Assembly (NCBI GenBank): GCA_951406725.2
Contig: OX597815.1
Location: 127,782,001-127,846,000 of the forward strand
Direction: 5' to 3'
Length of the DNA: 64,000 bases
From: Octopus vulgaris
Taxonomy: Eukaryota
Part shown: positions 1-13,257 of the stretch, in pieces
Layout of the letters: each line of letters opens with the position of its first letter
Numbering within the stretch: position 1 is the stretch's first letter
The notes under the pieces: model-generated
Seen by the model: the letters and a program-made list of their open reading frames with translations, nothing else
Told to the model about the DNA's origin: nothing
Databases searched by the model: none
Program-made: the position numbers and the translations under genes

Positions 1-640
1 CATTTCCAACTTCGTTACAAGTTTTTGCAGTTTCTGGTGTGTTGCTTTGTTCTTGTGCCACAAATCAAAAACAATTTAGTCTCAGCTGTAAGTTCTAAGC
101 TTCTCAGCCAGTCCTGAGTTTTCCCTATTATTTATTGTCCTCTTTCTTCTTTTCAGCCTTTTCATCTATTGGCCATGTAGTGTCTTTCCTTTGCATCATT
201 TTATCATGCTAGTTCTCTATCTCCATTTTGAACTTTTTGTTTCCACAATATCTCTTGTTATTTTTCTATCACCCTCACAGCTGAAGGTTATTTCAACCTC
301 AATTTTGTAGTTAATGGTCTGATAAGAAACAAAAAGCAGGTTTGCTTTTATTCTTGTTCATCTTTTGTCACCCTTTGTATTAGTCTCCTTTTATTCTTAA
401 ATAATTTTGTAGTCCCACATTTGATATCTTATAATAGTTTTCTACATGCATAATACCCCTATATCCCTGTATTCATGGTCAATATAATATTCGTATGTCA
501 GATTTTGAGTGGCATATTCTAAATACAAATCATTATTTCCAGTCTGGTCTAACCAAATCATTTAGCATCCAGTTGAGAATATTAAGCTATAACTAATTAC
601 CAATACAGCAAAAGTATTGATGTGCATGAACTTTTTTAAG
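1..640 (-). mobile_element. Degenerate R4/Dong-like (RLE-type) non-LTR retrotransposon fragment
   Basis: Minus-strand translation gives INTFAVLVISYSLNILNW and AQEQAT-like segments, matching the other R4-like copies in the window. Confidence 0.6.
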
Positions 641-2109
641 AATTAATCTAATAAATTTGTAATATTCTACCCTAACATTTTCTTTCATTTGTACATAGCA
701 AGTTATCTGCTAATTATAAATCTGTCTCAATTTAACATTTATTTAGGTATAACATGGTATGTCTATATTTTATATATTTCCCTCACTTTTTAGGTGGCTT
801 TGGTACATTGTTTTAAAAGGTATTTTGTACTAATCTCCATATTAAAGCTGTACACCATGTCTCACATGCAAGGTTTCTTGCTTTTCATGTGCAGAATACA
901 ACTTGAGTACATTAACTTTTAACATTGCATTGAAACTTTTCAAAGTTAAAATCTCAGTGCTGTAATAACTGAGCAGAACATATTTGCAAATGGGTTTGTT
1001 TATTCAAATGTTTATAAGTCTTTCATTATGGCTAGATTATTGTCAAGATAGACAGTATTGTAGAAAAGACTTAGTCTTATTTGTGTTGAATTTTATGTAT
1101 ACAAATGAGATTGGTAATTAATATCATAATATTAACTGAAAACAGATACAATATTTAAAAAATGATGAAAAGAAAGATATTGGTAATAAATATGGGCATA
1201 CAAATATCACAAACAAAATACGTGCATTTTCCAGCAGATTTTTAAGTTCATTATTGTTAGCCCAATGATAAATATACCCAAGTCTGCCCAAATTTCAAAG
1301 CATTAGAAGAAAGTGATAGATCCTTATAGCTTCTTAGTTGTACTGTTGAAATCACAAGAAGAAAAAATTGAGAAAAGATATTCAACAAAACAAAAAGGCT
1401 CACTGTCTAAACATTCTTCAGATAATATTTTGTTCAAGTTACTCAATGAAGAATTAGACAGATCAAAGTCAGATATTGAGTGTGCATGAAAGAGATATAT
1501 TCCTCTAGTTATCACCTTCAAAAACTTATCTGCTATAACCATTTTTAAAATTAAGTTTCTATAAAACAGAGTCTAGGAAAAAATCACAAAAATTCAGCAA
1601 CACATTGAGTTGATGCTAATAACAAGCATTGCAAAACATAAATGATTTTCTTTGATTAGAGAGTTCATAACCTTCTTTACAACAAACGTAAACGAAGATG
1701 GTTTGGTCCTATTTGTTTCATGTTGTATAGAATGTTAAGAGTTAATATATAACAGAAAGTTGTTATCGAAATACTTATACCCATAGTCAGTCTGGCTTAG
1801 CATTTATTCCAGAGGAACATGCAGAAAAGGTATGAGGACAGAGAGTCTACGTGGAATATTCTTCTTCTAATAGCAATGTAGTTCATTTTTATGTTTACCT
1901 CTTCTGTTTGAATCTCCAAATTTATTTCTCATTCATTTCACATGGTTGGTGTATTCACTTGTGATTGGTTAATGTTTCAAGAATCAATGAGTGGAGAACA
2001 CTATAAAAGCCTTCTGGATACCAATCAACCTATGCCAAGACCTGACACTTTTTTCTCATCCTAGAGTTTTCAGTTATGATTTAACTGATTATTAAGTGAT
2101 CTTTGTATG

Positions 2110-2432
2110 CATAGGTGCAGGCATGGCTATGAAGTTAAATAGTTCATTTCACAACAAAATAATTTTGGTTTTAGTCCTACTGAGCAGCACTTTAGTCTTC
2201 TGCTATAATATTCAGACTGTCCAATGTCTTGTGAGTAAATTTGGTAGATGAAAATAGAAGGCTGTTGTAATATATATGTTTGTCTTTACGTTCTGAGTTC
2301 AAATTCCGCCGAGATTAACTTTGTTTTTTAGCCTTTCTGGGACGATAAATTAGGCACCAGTTGCATACTTGGATCGATCTAATTGACTGCCCCACTTCCT
2401 CAACAATTTTGGGCCTTGTGCCTAGAGTAGAA
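2110..2432 (+). mobile_element. Two adjacent degenerate SINE fragments (family A head ~2110-2275; family B ~2283-2432)
   Basis: The first part resembles the reverse complement of 16170-16325. The second resembles the reverse complements of 20735-20940 and 35215-35430. Confidence 0.65.
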
Positions 2433-2441
2433 AATAATATA

Positions 2442-3344
2442 TGTGAGGGTACCCAAAAGAAGCCAGAATTTTGCAATATTATTTTATTCACACAGTTCTA
2501 TATGTTTACACTTTGATCACTTTCAAACTCTTCTCCATTTCAAGCAATGCATCATTCCAGATGCATTTTTCACTGTTCAAAGCAGTGCTGGAACTCTTGC
2601 AAAATGATGCCTTTTAACACCTCTGTTGTTCTTCACTTCACCTCTTCTACATCTGCAAATTCCATAGCACCAGATTTCATCACCAGTGATGACCTTCAAA
2701 ATAAAAAAAAAAAGGTCTGGATCAATTTCCAAATATTCTTTCAGTTCATGACATGGATTCAGTTGTGACTGTTTTTGATCTTCCGAGAGTAAGTGAGGCA
2801 CAAATTTTGCTGCAACTCTTTTCATTCGCAATTCCTTGCTCAAAATTTGTTGGCAGGAGCTCCAAGACACACCAATCATATCAACAAGTTTGTCAACTGT
2901 CAGTGATGGTATTCCAAGATCGGTTCATGAATTTTCATGATGGTTTTAATCATTCAGGAGGTCAATGGATACCCTGAATGAAGTTGGTTTTCAAGTGACA
3001 AATGACCATTCCTAAAAAGTGGAAACTTGTGTTTTGCTCATGGCAGTGTCTTTGTAAGTTACTTGAAGCATAACAACTGTTTTGGCAGCCATTTTCCCCA
3101 GTAGAAAACAGAATTTCATGGAAGCATGCTGTTCCTTCGTTTCAGCCTTCACAAAGATTAATGCACAGGGAAGAAGCACTGAAAAACAAAGACACACCAC
3201 ATGGCAGTAGGACTACACTCAACGACGCTGCCCAGCATACACGTGCTTGAGGATTACATCAAGTGGCTTCTAGAGGCAGAAGTCTGAACTACAGTGGGCT
3301 TGTCCCACAGAGAATGTTTCCAGTTACTTTCGGGTACCCCCTTA
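2442..3344 (-). mobile_element. Internally deleted mariner-type DNA transposon
   Basis: Inverted termini gagggtacccaaaagaagccagaa / ttccagttactttcgggtaccccc in TA context. Transposase pieces MKFCFLLGK...AMSKTQV, RVAAKFVPHLLS and VITGDEIWCY. Confidence 0.85.
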
Positions 3345-3739
3345 TATATATGTATGTGTGTGTGTGAAAATTACTCAATCATGCCCAGTTTTATACTTCT
3401 GGGGAACCAATACTTTGCAGCCTGAAACAGAGTGTTCAATGATCTCGATTTGCTCATTGCAAAATCAACACTTTGAGTCTGTTACATTTCTGATCTCATT
3501 GACTTGAAAGTTGTATGTTGAAAGAAACTGATTTTGTGCAACCACAATGAAGTCCTCACTCTGTTTTTAGTCCAGAAATCAGCAACATGGGTGAAATTTT
3601 GATTTTATATAAAATTCTTTGCTATGGAGAACATACCACCAGTGCAGTGGTTTTTGTTCCCATTTGGGGCACAGTTTCTGTTGACCATTTTTCACCAACA
3701 TTACCCTCAATTTCAGTGTACATGTTGCAGATGTGTTAC

Positions 3740-4104
3740 CAGTGCCGGTGGCATGTAAGAGAACCATCCGTTCGTGACCGTTGCCAGCGCCGCCCCGACT
3801 GGCCTCGTGCCGGTAGCACGTAAAAAGCACCATCCGTTCGCGTCCATTGCCAGCCTCGCCTGGCCCCCGTGCCGGTGGCACGTAAAAAGCACCATCCGTT
3901 CGTGGCTCTTTGCCAGCTCTGTCTGGCACCTGTGCGGGTGGCACGTAAAAAGCACCCACTACCCTCACGGAATGGTTGGCGTTAGGAAGGGCATCCAGCC
4001 GTAGAAACACTGCCAGATCTGACTAGGCCTGATGAAGCCTTCCGGCTTCACAGACCCCTGTTGAACCGTCCAACCCATGCTAGCATGGAAAACGGACGCT
4101 AAAC

Positions 4105-4140
<36 letters not shown>
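3740..4140 (+). mobile_element. RTE-LINE 3' tail / tail-derived short element with four ~62-nt modules, ending in (GAT)n
   Basis: Same sequence as the 3' end of RTE copies (e.g. 25630-26025), including ggaagggcatccagc...catgctagcatggaaa...(gat)n. Nearly identical to 57087-57387. Confidence 0.85.
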
Positions 4141-4141
<1 letters not shown>

Positions 4142-5997
4142 CCTAACTCTTCCACAAACTTCCAACTTTCTTTCAAGATTTATCGCAAACTTTTCTTCCT
4201 TCCATATTCTGAAACTGTTTTCAACATCCAATAATCTGAAGTTTTAAGGTATTGTTTGAGCCCAACACTTGATATTTTGCACAGCAGCTCAAGCGCAATC
4301 ATTCCTCTAACTCTACTTCATCCAGAGAAATAAAGGTGATCCACATCTGCTTTTGAGTGATCTAAATTATTATAGGTCAAAAATTTTCCAACTTTTTAGT
4401 CCGTTTTCATTATTGTTCCATTTTATGATATTGCAATCATAGTTGATAACTGAGATTGTAAGCGTATTTATAGCAGATACACATTTCATTCTTTGAGTTG
4501 AGCTCTGTTTTTAAGACAGCACATACTCTCCTGTAGCGTTCCTTTTGATTGTTTCTTTCATGCTAGCATAATGAATACTTTAGCCTTCATTGACGTCAAA
4601 ATACTTTTAGGTTTGATCTTGTTCCATAATTACTACACCCACATCTTTATCCATTGGATATGTGCTTGTCATTCTGCCTTTCACACATTTTTCCAGCCCA
4701 AACTCCACTCCTGCTTCATCACTGAACACCTTAACTCTCTTTAACAGTCTTACCAACATGTTGTCATTTTCGGCATGCAGTTTCAAATCATCCAAAATAC
4801 ACAGATGGTTGTAGTTTTTGCTATCTATTTTGTAGCCATTTTTTGTTGAAATCTACAGTTAAAGGTTTGAATACAATTCAAAATAAAAGAAAGAGAAAAT
4901 GAATTATCTTGAAAAAGTTAATGCTTATGCTGCTGGAATTTATATTAACAGTTGTAGTGTATGACAAAGTTAGATGTGTATTCTATACAGACATGTATTT
5001 CAGGAATTTGATATTACTGGGAAAATCCTCAGAACACCCAAAGTTTTCAAAATTCATGAATGGGGCACACAATCAAATGCACTTTTTAATAATAAATCCA
5101 AGCAGTTCTCAAACTTCTTTTCTTGTTATGATAGTTTAATTAGAAGTTGGTCTTCACAGCTATAAGACCCACAGTGGCAACCTTTCTGCTCAGTAGGGAA
5201 ATGAATTTTGTTCATAAATTTATACATCGTCTCAGTCAAAATTGAGGTGAGCATTTTGTATGAAGTGGAGAAGCAGGCAATAGTATGATCATTTCTGAAG
5301 AAATGGCCAAGTCAGCCTCTCTAAATTATTGACCATTTCTTCTATGTTCTTTATTCATTCTACATTCTCATTATGGGTATTTTCTGTACTTCTATCTTTT
5401 TTCCAAAATTCATCAATCTCATGAATTGAAGGAGTTTCTTTTGTCTATAACCCAATTTCCATGTAAAAACATCTTTTGCATCTGACATAAACAACTGTTG
5501 CCTGTGAAGTTTGTTTCATTTATCAAATCTCATTTTTTGAGCTTTCAGCAGTATTTATTGTTTCAGGGTCTCTTTGATTGATGGAGTATCATGTTTTGAA
5601 GTGAAGTTACTTAATATTTCTTAATCACCTTCTGTCTTTATCTTGACAGATTTGCTAACATATATTTAATCCAAGATTGATAATTCTACTCTCATCATTT
5701 CAATTTCATACTCAATTTTTATCTTCCAGTTTTTTTTTTTTTTTTTTTTTTTAGTGCAGTGTCCTTTTTGCCTTTTCATTGACACACATTTCCTTTATAT
5801 TACCATTACTGTGGCATATATAACTTCATTCAGTTCTGATACATCAAGCTCCATCTCTTCAATTATTGCTTTAACAGCCTGATTTCCAATTCTTATGTGT
5901 CCTGGGATTGTTGGGATTGCTTGTCAGTTTTTGCAATGACTTTCTTTCATTCATACTAATGTTTTTTACTTTTCCAAGTTCATTGAGAAATTTCTTG

Positions 5998-6035
5998 TTA
6001 GGGTTAGGGCTTGGATTAGGGTTAGGGTTAGGGTT
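5998..6035 (+). repeat. Short interstitial telomeric tract (TTAGGG)n
   Basis: ttagggttagggcttggattagggttagggttagggtt. Confidence 0.8.
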
Positions 6036-6835
6036 CTAGCCAATCTTAAAGCTCATGACTAAAAATATCTTCATCCATATTGTTAATATATCTTTCAAGT
6101 TAAACTTGCTCTGTGGTATTTCTGATATTTTAATTTTGTTTTTGTGCAATTTCTTCTGGTGACAACTTGGTCACAAAGTTTTAAGGTTTCTCTACTGTCA
6201 TGTATTCATTTTCATCCTTCCTTCGTGTTTATATTTTCAAATCTTTCCAACTTTCCTCTTGATTTCATTTAATTCTGTATCTGTTAGTCATTTGTTTCTA
6301 AGAATGTGTCTTATATTTGTAAGTTTGTTTTCATCCATGTTTGGTCTAATGTCTAGATTTCTTTCTCTCCATACCTTAAAAGAATTTACCATGTATTTGG
6401 ATTCAGATTATTTTCCCAATGAGCAATAGAATGTATATATCACTTACTTGTAAGTTTCTCAGGTTCATTTGTAACATTTAGATCTTTGTCTTCTTAGTGC
6501 ATCTGAACTTGAAAGGACTGGGTTGAGATTAATCTTATTCAAGTCCATATTTGGAGAAGAGCTTGTTTCAAATGCAAACTTTTCAACCCCAGGCTGATTC
6601 CTCCTTGAGGGATGCAGCCCTTGTTGATTCAAGTGACAACTGATCTGGTATGTGTTTTCGTCTATAGACATTGCGAATTTTTTGTATTTTTTTGTTTAGT
6701 TATACATTTTATCTGTTCCTATCAAAGGATGATTTTGTTGAAGATAATACATCTAGGACAATTATCAAACAAGACTAGTAAGCTTATCCTGCCCATGAGA
6801 CACAGCTACTCAACGTATTTTTGTTGTTGTTGTTA

Positions 6836-8351
6836 TTTGCCAAATGTTGAACCAACTGAGGGACCAGCTATCTGAATTGACAGTAACTTGGTAGATAAAA
6901 CAGTTAAGGATATGAAGACAAGGAAACCCTTCAGCCCCTCAAGAATCACTGCTGTAATGCTTAAAATATTTGACAGTGTAAGCTAGTCTAGTCACCCACA
7001 TAGTTAATAAGGTGATGCACAGAGGAGTCATACCCAACAACCAGTGTAGCAGCACCATAGTCAGCTGCTACAAAGGTAAAAGTAACACCTTAGATAGAAA
7101 TAATTACAGAGGTATCAATCTGCTGGATCAAGTGATAAAAGCCACGGAGGGGGTTACAGCCCAACTAATTAAGGAGAGAATTAGTTTAGATGAGATGCCA
7201 GGGAGAAACACTGCTGATGCCATATTTCTGGTAAGGCAGCTGCAGGAGAAATACTTAGCTAAAGATAAACCTCTGTACCTGGCTATTGTTGACTTGGAGA
7301 AAGCCTTTTACAAGGCCCCTGATCCATTATCTGGTGGTTAATGTGGAAATTACAAATAGACAAGTGGTTGATGAGAGCTATACAAGCCATGTACAGGGAG
7401 TAAGGTGTCAGTAAGGTGAGGGTTGGCAATGAGTATAGAGAAGAATTCAGGGCACAAGTAAGGGTTCACCAAGTAGGGGTTCACCTCAGTTCCTTCTTGT
7501 TCATCATAGTCCGCCAGGCGATAACAGAGGAATTCAAGACAGGTCGCCCCTATGAGTTCCTCTATGCTGATGACTTTGCTCTTATAGCTGAATCACTACC
7601 AGAACTAGAGAAAAAGTTTCAGATGTGGAAGCAAGGTCTAGAATCAAAGGGCCTTAGAGTTAAATTAGCAAAAACCAAAGTCTTAGTAAGTAGGAAGGTG
7701 GACAAATCACAAATCCCTTAAGGTAGATGGCCCCAATTGATCTGTTGAAAAGGCATAAGTAGGAACTCCATAAGATGTACCTGGTGTAAGTTATGGACAC
7801 ATAAGAGATGCAACAATATCAGAGGAAAGTTAACAGGGCAGATAGTTTTTGTGTGTTGAAGGTGCACAGGTACAACAAACATCAGAAACGTACAGAAAAT
7901 AGATTCCATCAAATTCCAGGGGAGAAAACTAGAAGTAGTTGATAGCTTCTTTTACCTAAGTGACCAAATCAAATAGCAGGAATGGATGCTTTGAAAGCAT
8001 ACCTGCTAGAATAAGAATAGGGCAAAATTCAGAGAGCTCCTACCTCTCCTCGTAACAAAGAAACTCGCACTCAGAATGAAAGGCAGACTGTATGATACCT
8101 GTGTGTGAACAACCTTATTACACAGCAGTGAAACATGGGCTGAGACTGCTGAGGACATGCATAGACTCGAAAGAAATGTATTGGCTCCTCAGCTCACAAA
8201 ACTGGGGGTGCTCCCGTTTTGCTGCAAGTTGCAGTACACCGCTGCCAAGACATCTCCAAACAAGTCTGGCATACAACTGTAAAGCTCATAGGATAGACCA
8301 TCCAAACCCGGCGATTTGTCCCTCAAGCATTCTGCCATCGCATCCCTCACT

Positions 8352-8394
<43 letters not shown>

Positions 8395-9258
8395 CAACAA
8401 CAACAAATAATAATAACAACATTGAAAGAAATGAAGCTAGTATGCTCCATTGGATGTGTAATGTCAGTGTGCATGCATAACAGAGTGTAAGCGCTCCTGA
8501 GATAACAGTTGGACATAAGAAGCATCAGATGTGGTGTGCAAGAGAGATGACTGCACTGATATGGTCATGTGATGTGTATGGATGAGGACAGCTGTGTGAA
8601 GAAATGTTGCACTCTAATGATGGAGGGAACCTGTGGAAGTGGTAGACCCAGGAAGACGTAGGATGAGGTAGTGAAGCATAATCTTCAAATGCTGGGCCTC
8701 ACAGAAACAATGACAAATGACCAAGACTTTTGGCGATATGCCATGCTTGAGAAGACCCAAGTGAGACCATAGTCATGGCTGATGCCAATGTCGTTTAAGT
8801 GGCCCATTAAAAGCACCCTTCAATCACTGGGCAATATGCTGTGTTTGTGAAAACCTGTTGAACCGAATGAAATCAGAGTCGTGACCAATACCAATGTCAT
8901 CTGACTGGCATCCATGCCGGTGGCATATAAAAAGCAACATTCATGCATTGGACCCCATGGAGGCAGTGTCAGGTGACCAAGACCCTTGGCAATATACAGT
9001 GCTTATGTTAACCTGTCAAGCCAATTAAGATCATAATCGTGAGTGATACTGATGTCAGGTCAATGGCACCCATCCAGTAGCACGTAAAAAGCACCCACTA
9101 CTCTCTCTGAGTGGTTGGCATTAGGAAAGGCATCCAGTAGTAGAAACCCTGCAAAATCAGACTGGAACCTAGTGCAGCCCCACAGCTCACCAGTTTTCAG
9201 TCAAACCGTCCAACCCATACCAGCATGGAAAGCAGACATTAAGCGATGATGATGATGA
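6836..9258 (+). mobile_element. 5'-truncated RTE-clade LINE (RT with PHD-like insert, 3' tail), pseudogenised
   Basis: NYRGINLL, DLEKAF and LYADDFAL motifs; colinear with 23225-26025; (GAT)n tail. Confidence 0.88.
8180..8352 (-). mobile_element. L1/Tx1-like LINE fragment inserted into the RTE copy next to an (AAT)n tract
   Basis: KSPGLDGLSYELY...FGDVLAAVY is the pre-RT motif of L1/Tx1 elements. RTE sequence resumes at ~8423. Confidence 0.7.
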
Positions 9259-9756
9259 ACAGTATATGCCAAAGTGATGCTGGGGTACAAATATGGAAAA
9301 AGCAATATACTCATCATGACAACGCACCTGATAAGGGTACACCAATCATATGCATCACAACCAATTGTGTGGAACATGGTGACCTCATTTCACAATAGAC
9401 AGTACATGGTCTTGCAGATGGAACCCAGTTAGAATTTTCTTCAGATCAATTAGTCCATCCCGCTCAAAAGTTCCTATATAAGGGTGGTCTAAGGATGACA
9501 AATAAAAATACCTTTGTTTCCAGGGGTGAATTATTCAAGCCCCTAAAGAATCCATCTCAAAACATGGTTATGATGCTCCCCCATTACTCCGCTTGTGATC
9601 AGAGATGCACATATTGTCAGCCACTATGGACATGCTCACCCGATTTAGGTCAAACAACTAACACGCAAATTTGTGGTTTTGAGCAGAATATCTGGTGTTG
9701 GTGTTGTTATTATTATTATTGTTATTATTATTATTATTATTATTGTCATTATTATT

Positions 9757-10200
9757 TGGAACCACATGAGAGGCCCAGGTGGCAGAGGTGCAACAAGGCA
9801 ACAAAGCCACCATTTGGTCTCTGGTAGGTGAACAGGGACACGAATTACTCAAGCCAAGTAAAATGTGTGAGGACAGAAGGCCAAGATGCTATCAATGTGG
9901 ACAAAATAACCACCTGAAAGCCTTTTGCCCATGACTAAAACAGGAGGACACTACCCCCTTGATACAAGCACCACTCACACCACAAACAACTGAAGCAACC
10001 CCAACTACAGAGGCAACCCCAAGAAAAGAAAGCAGAGAGGTCTCCAGCAAAAACACCAACAGCAAATACTACATGAGAGACAACAACGCCAACAAAACAG
10101 AGGTGTTGACAACAATCACTACCACAGTAGCTACAAAACACCAACAACACAGGTCTTGCCAGAGGAACAAAAATCACCAGCAAATTTCAACTTCAACAAA
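9757..10200 (+). mobile_element. Gag-like (Tx1-type ORF1) fragment with CCHC zinc knuckle
   Basis: RCYQCGQNNHLKAFCP (C-x2-C-x4-H-x4-C) at ~9885-9930 followed by a T/N-rich low-complexity region, as at 51200-51650. Confidence 0.6.
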
Positions 10201-10315
10201 TTTTATATTTCCCCAAAGAGTTGATTTCAAGTAGATTCTAAGAGCATATTTGATATCATTATGGACACCATCATGGAAGACATTAGAATAAATATCAAAT
10301 CAAAGTTAAACTCAC

Positions 10316-10327
10316 CTGGCCAGCAGG
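10316..10327 (-). CDS. Candidate cadherin 12-nt micro-exon (phase 0-0): PAGQ
   Basis: gtttatttgtttcaatttcag|CCT GCT GGC CAG|gtgagt. Consensus acceptor and donor 12 nt apart, in frame with the upstream exon. No transcript evidence available. Confidence 0.6.
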
Positions 10328-11832
10328 CTGAAATTGAAACAAATAAACATTTATAAGAATAGTGAATAACAAGAATAATACAAAAGATATTTTTTAAGAT
10401 GAGAAGATATTTTAAGACAATGAAACTCAGAGGTGTGCATTAAAAGAGTTGGTTTTCAGACAGTTATGAATATTATTTGCTGCAACATCTTATTTAATAA
10501 GACAAAACTAAATCTGTTTTTAACTTATAAGGCCTAAATAAAATTGAAAAAAACTTTGAGAAACCTTCATGACAGCTTTTGTAACATGTTATTACCAGAA
10601 ATTTGACAAGTAACCCAAAAGATCTAGTTATCAATCAAAAAATTATACTAATGATAATTTCTTATATTGGCAAAATATAAGTGTTGGATGTAATGGCATG
10701 GGATAGTGGAGATGTGTGGATGGTTGGTGTACATGAGTAATTATATTGTGAGCAAGTAAAATATAGAAGTGAGGAGGTAGCAGTGGGTGCAAGTGTGAGG
10801 GTGGAAAGAAGGTAGGAGGAATGTGAATAGTGTGTGTAAGGGTATTGGTGTGAAATGGTGTTAATAGAGAAATGAGAGATGAAATGAGAAAAAAAATGGA
10901 AAAAGAAAAAGTAACAACTGTACAAGGAAGGAAATTATTTTTCTGCTTTAGTAAGAGAAGAAAATTAGTGAGGTATATGGAATGGCAAGAAAAAGTGATA
11001 GAAGTGTGTGCATGTGTCTAAATGTCCAGCTTAAAACAATATTTGATCAATCATTCCAATATAAAGAGTGGATTCATGATTTTTAAGTTAATCTGATATA
11101 TGACATGCACTAAACTTGTCATCCTTCAGTCCCTCTTGTGACTTTACAGACAATTATATGTGTGTCTAGACACACACATACATATATGAACCATATACAT
11201 AGATATCATCATCATCATCATTATTCAAAGTCTGTTTTCCATGCTGGGAGAAATAGTATTGACTGGGTGCAGCTTTGTGCCATTTGAGTGATTAAAAGTA
11301 TAGAGGGACAGAGATAGGTGTATCAAAATTTGGCTGAGCAAATTATTCATCTTCATTTTTGTAGTTCAAGACTCCACAGAGCAAATGTTCCATTGTTGTT
11401 TCTATAACATTATGTAGGTAAAAGCTAAATCTCTTTTAGGATTAAGTCCCACTGTATTTAAAATTGCCTGCTAACCAGAGGAAATTAACTCAGAACTGCA
11501 GACAACAAACAAAATCATCAGTTTACACCAGTAAACAATGCAACCCATGTCCCCATGTCCATGGTAACTATCTACTGTTAAGTAGACTTAAACCATTGAG
11601 ACCAACTTAGACGAAACACAAGCATGAAGCAATTCTTATGATTACATATCAGTTATGAAGGCTGTGTATCAAAGCAGTAACCTATGAATTTGGTCTCAGT
11701 AAATTGTATTAAGAATCATCTTGGGAAAGTGAAACTTCCTAAAGTACAGGTTGGTTTAATTTAGCTACTTTCATGTTAAAATACATTGAATGACTTGTGA
11801 GTATAAAGCAAAAAATAAACCAGTATCCTTAC

Positions 11833-11919
11833 TATCAAAGAATATTTTAGAGAAGGATTTTCATCAATATCAGTTGCTGTTATCTGCAAATTTGGTATTT
11901 TAGTGTTTACTGTAATATT
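11833..11919 (-). CDS. Cadherin gene coding exon 6 (87 nt, phase 0-0): NITVNTKIPNLQITATDIDENPSLKYSLI
   Basis: ttttgctttttttttgcag|AAT ATT...TTG ATA|gtaagg. Cadherin A-x-D-x-D motif and Y-S-L; completes PE|N with the previous exon. Confidence 0.9.
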
Positions 11920-12078
11920 CTGCAAAAAAAAGCAAAATATTAAGGAAATATAATTCAGCAAATATTTTTTTTTCACTAGTTTTCATATTAATTCATTCTA
12001 TGATAAAGATGACACATTTCAGAAAACAATTCCCCCTACCACAAATGTCTTTGCTATGAAAGTAATACATGTATAAAC

Positions 12079-13256
12079 ATTAGGTCAGAAAGAAGGTCCT
12101 GTAACATTTTTAACACAATCACTTCAGGGTACTTTTTCAATACTTATTGTTAAATAAACATTAAGTTTTACACTTTAATGCTTTATTCTTCACAGATTAC
12201 TTTATAATATAATGGTTAAATTTGTATGATTTATTTTACCTTTTAAAATTAGTTTAGATCAGACACTGCATATTGTATGAATTCAAAAGAAGAAATGGAA
12301 ACAAGAATATTCATTCTGTCTGTGAAAACAAAGCTTGAAGTGTCTGGACATACCAATGATGGTTTGGCCAGTTTTACTCAGGAAATATTTCTTTCACATA
12401 TTTCCTTGATCTGCATGGCCATGTTCTGTCAATATTGAGCTTCTGGAAACCATAGTTGAGGAAAACCCAAGGGAAACTACATGAAAATTGGCAAAACAGT
12501 TCAAGTGAAGTCACATTTTGATCACAAAACACTTGCATGAACGAGGAAAAGTATCTAAATTTGGTTAATGGGTGCCTCATCACTTGACTGCTTATCAGCT
12601 TAATCATAAAGTTGTTTTCTGCTCATTATTGAAGAGTAGACTACCTACAAAACCTTTCCTGGATAGAATCATCACAGGTGGTGAAAAGTTGGTTTTCTAT
12701 AATTATATTTAACAAAAATGAAAAAAGAGAATCCATCCTCAAACATTTACAACAGCTAAAAATGTGCTCTGTTTGGTTGGGTATAAAGGATGTTTTATAC
12801 TATTAAGTGTTAAAGTAAAATGCAGAGGAATACTGTTATCAAATGGAAGCATTGCACACAAAAAAAATTGCAGAAAAGGTATTCCTCATTAATCAAATGT
12901 ACAGGGGCGTTGCTCCAACATAATAACACAAAATCATATGCTACTGAAGTCATTCATGAAAGGATTACTGCCTTAAATATGAAAGTTTTACCTCACCATC
13001 CTTACTCTACCGATTTTGTTCCCTCTATTATCTTTTCAGACCATTGCAATATTTATTAGAGTGAAAACAATCTATAAATATCTAACAATTGTGATCAGCT
13101 TAAAAATGAAACTTGAAAAGTTTTTCACCCAAATGATTGGAATTATGTTATTAAAAATGAGAGAATATACTATCTTGATAAAAAATATCAATTAAAACCA
13201 AATAATTATTTACTTTTCTATCTTGAAATGCAACAGAGCTTCCTTACCAATCTAAT
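12079..13256 (+). mobile_element. Degenerate, near full-length mariner element
   Basis: WVPHHL, DRIITGGEKLV, LLQHNN and LPHHPYSTDFVPS (YSPDLAP-like) motifs; degenerate attagg.../...tctaat termini; ~1.2 kb. Confidence 0.8.
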
Positions 13257-13257
13257 A

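Larger units (their letters stand above)
3370..6700 (-). mobile_element. Degenerate R4/Dong-like non-LTR retrotransposon, interrupted at 3740-4140 and by a TTAGGG tract
   Basis: DDLKLHA...GVEFGLEKC (RT), W-x-x-KPLH and GLKTESEDFIVVAQNQ motifs; many stops and frameshifts. Confidence 0.75.

Noticed and set aside
866-959. Possible further minus-strand cadherin exon (TEILTLKSFNAMLKV...)
   Set aside because: The open frame needs a phase-2 start, incompatible with the preceding phase-0 exon, and it has no cadherin motif.
1330-1489. Plus-strand coding-looking stretch (VLLKSQEEKIEKR...SDIECA*)
   Set aside because: No recognisable domain or partner exons; could be chance or an unrecognised TE remnant.
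3800-3960. Resemblance of the module (stem, loop pseudoknot, UAAA) to a pistol ribozyme
   Set aside because: The pseudoknot partner follows the A-rich linker directly, with no P2/P3 or catalytic core.
3965-4231. Poly-His, poly-Ile, poly-Asn and YI-repeat ORFs here and elsewhere, plus recurring DGAFYVPPA ORFs
   Set aside because: Translations of microsatellites and of the antisense RTE tail.
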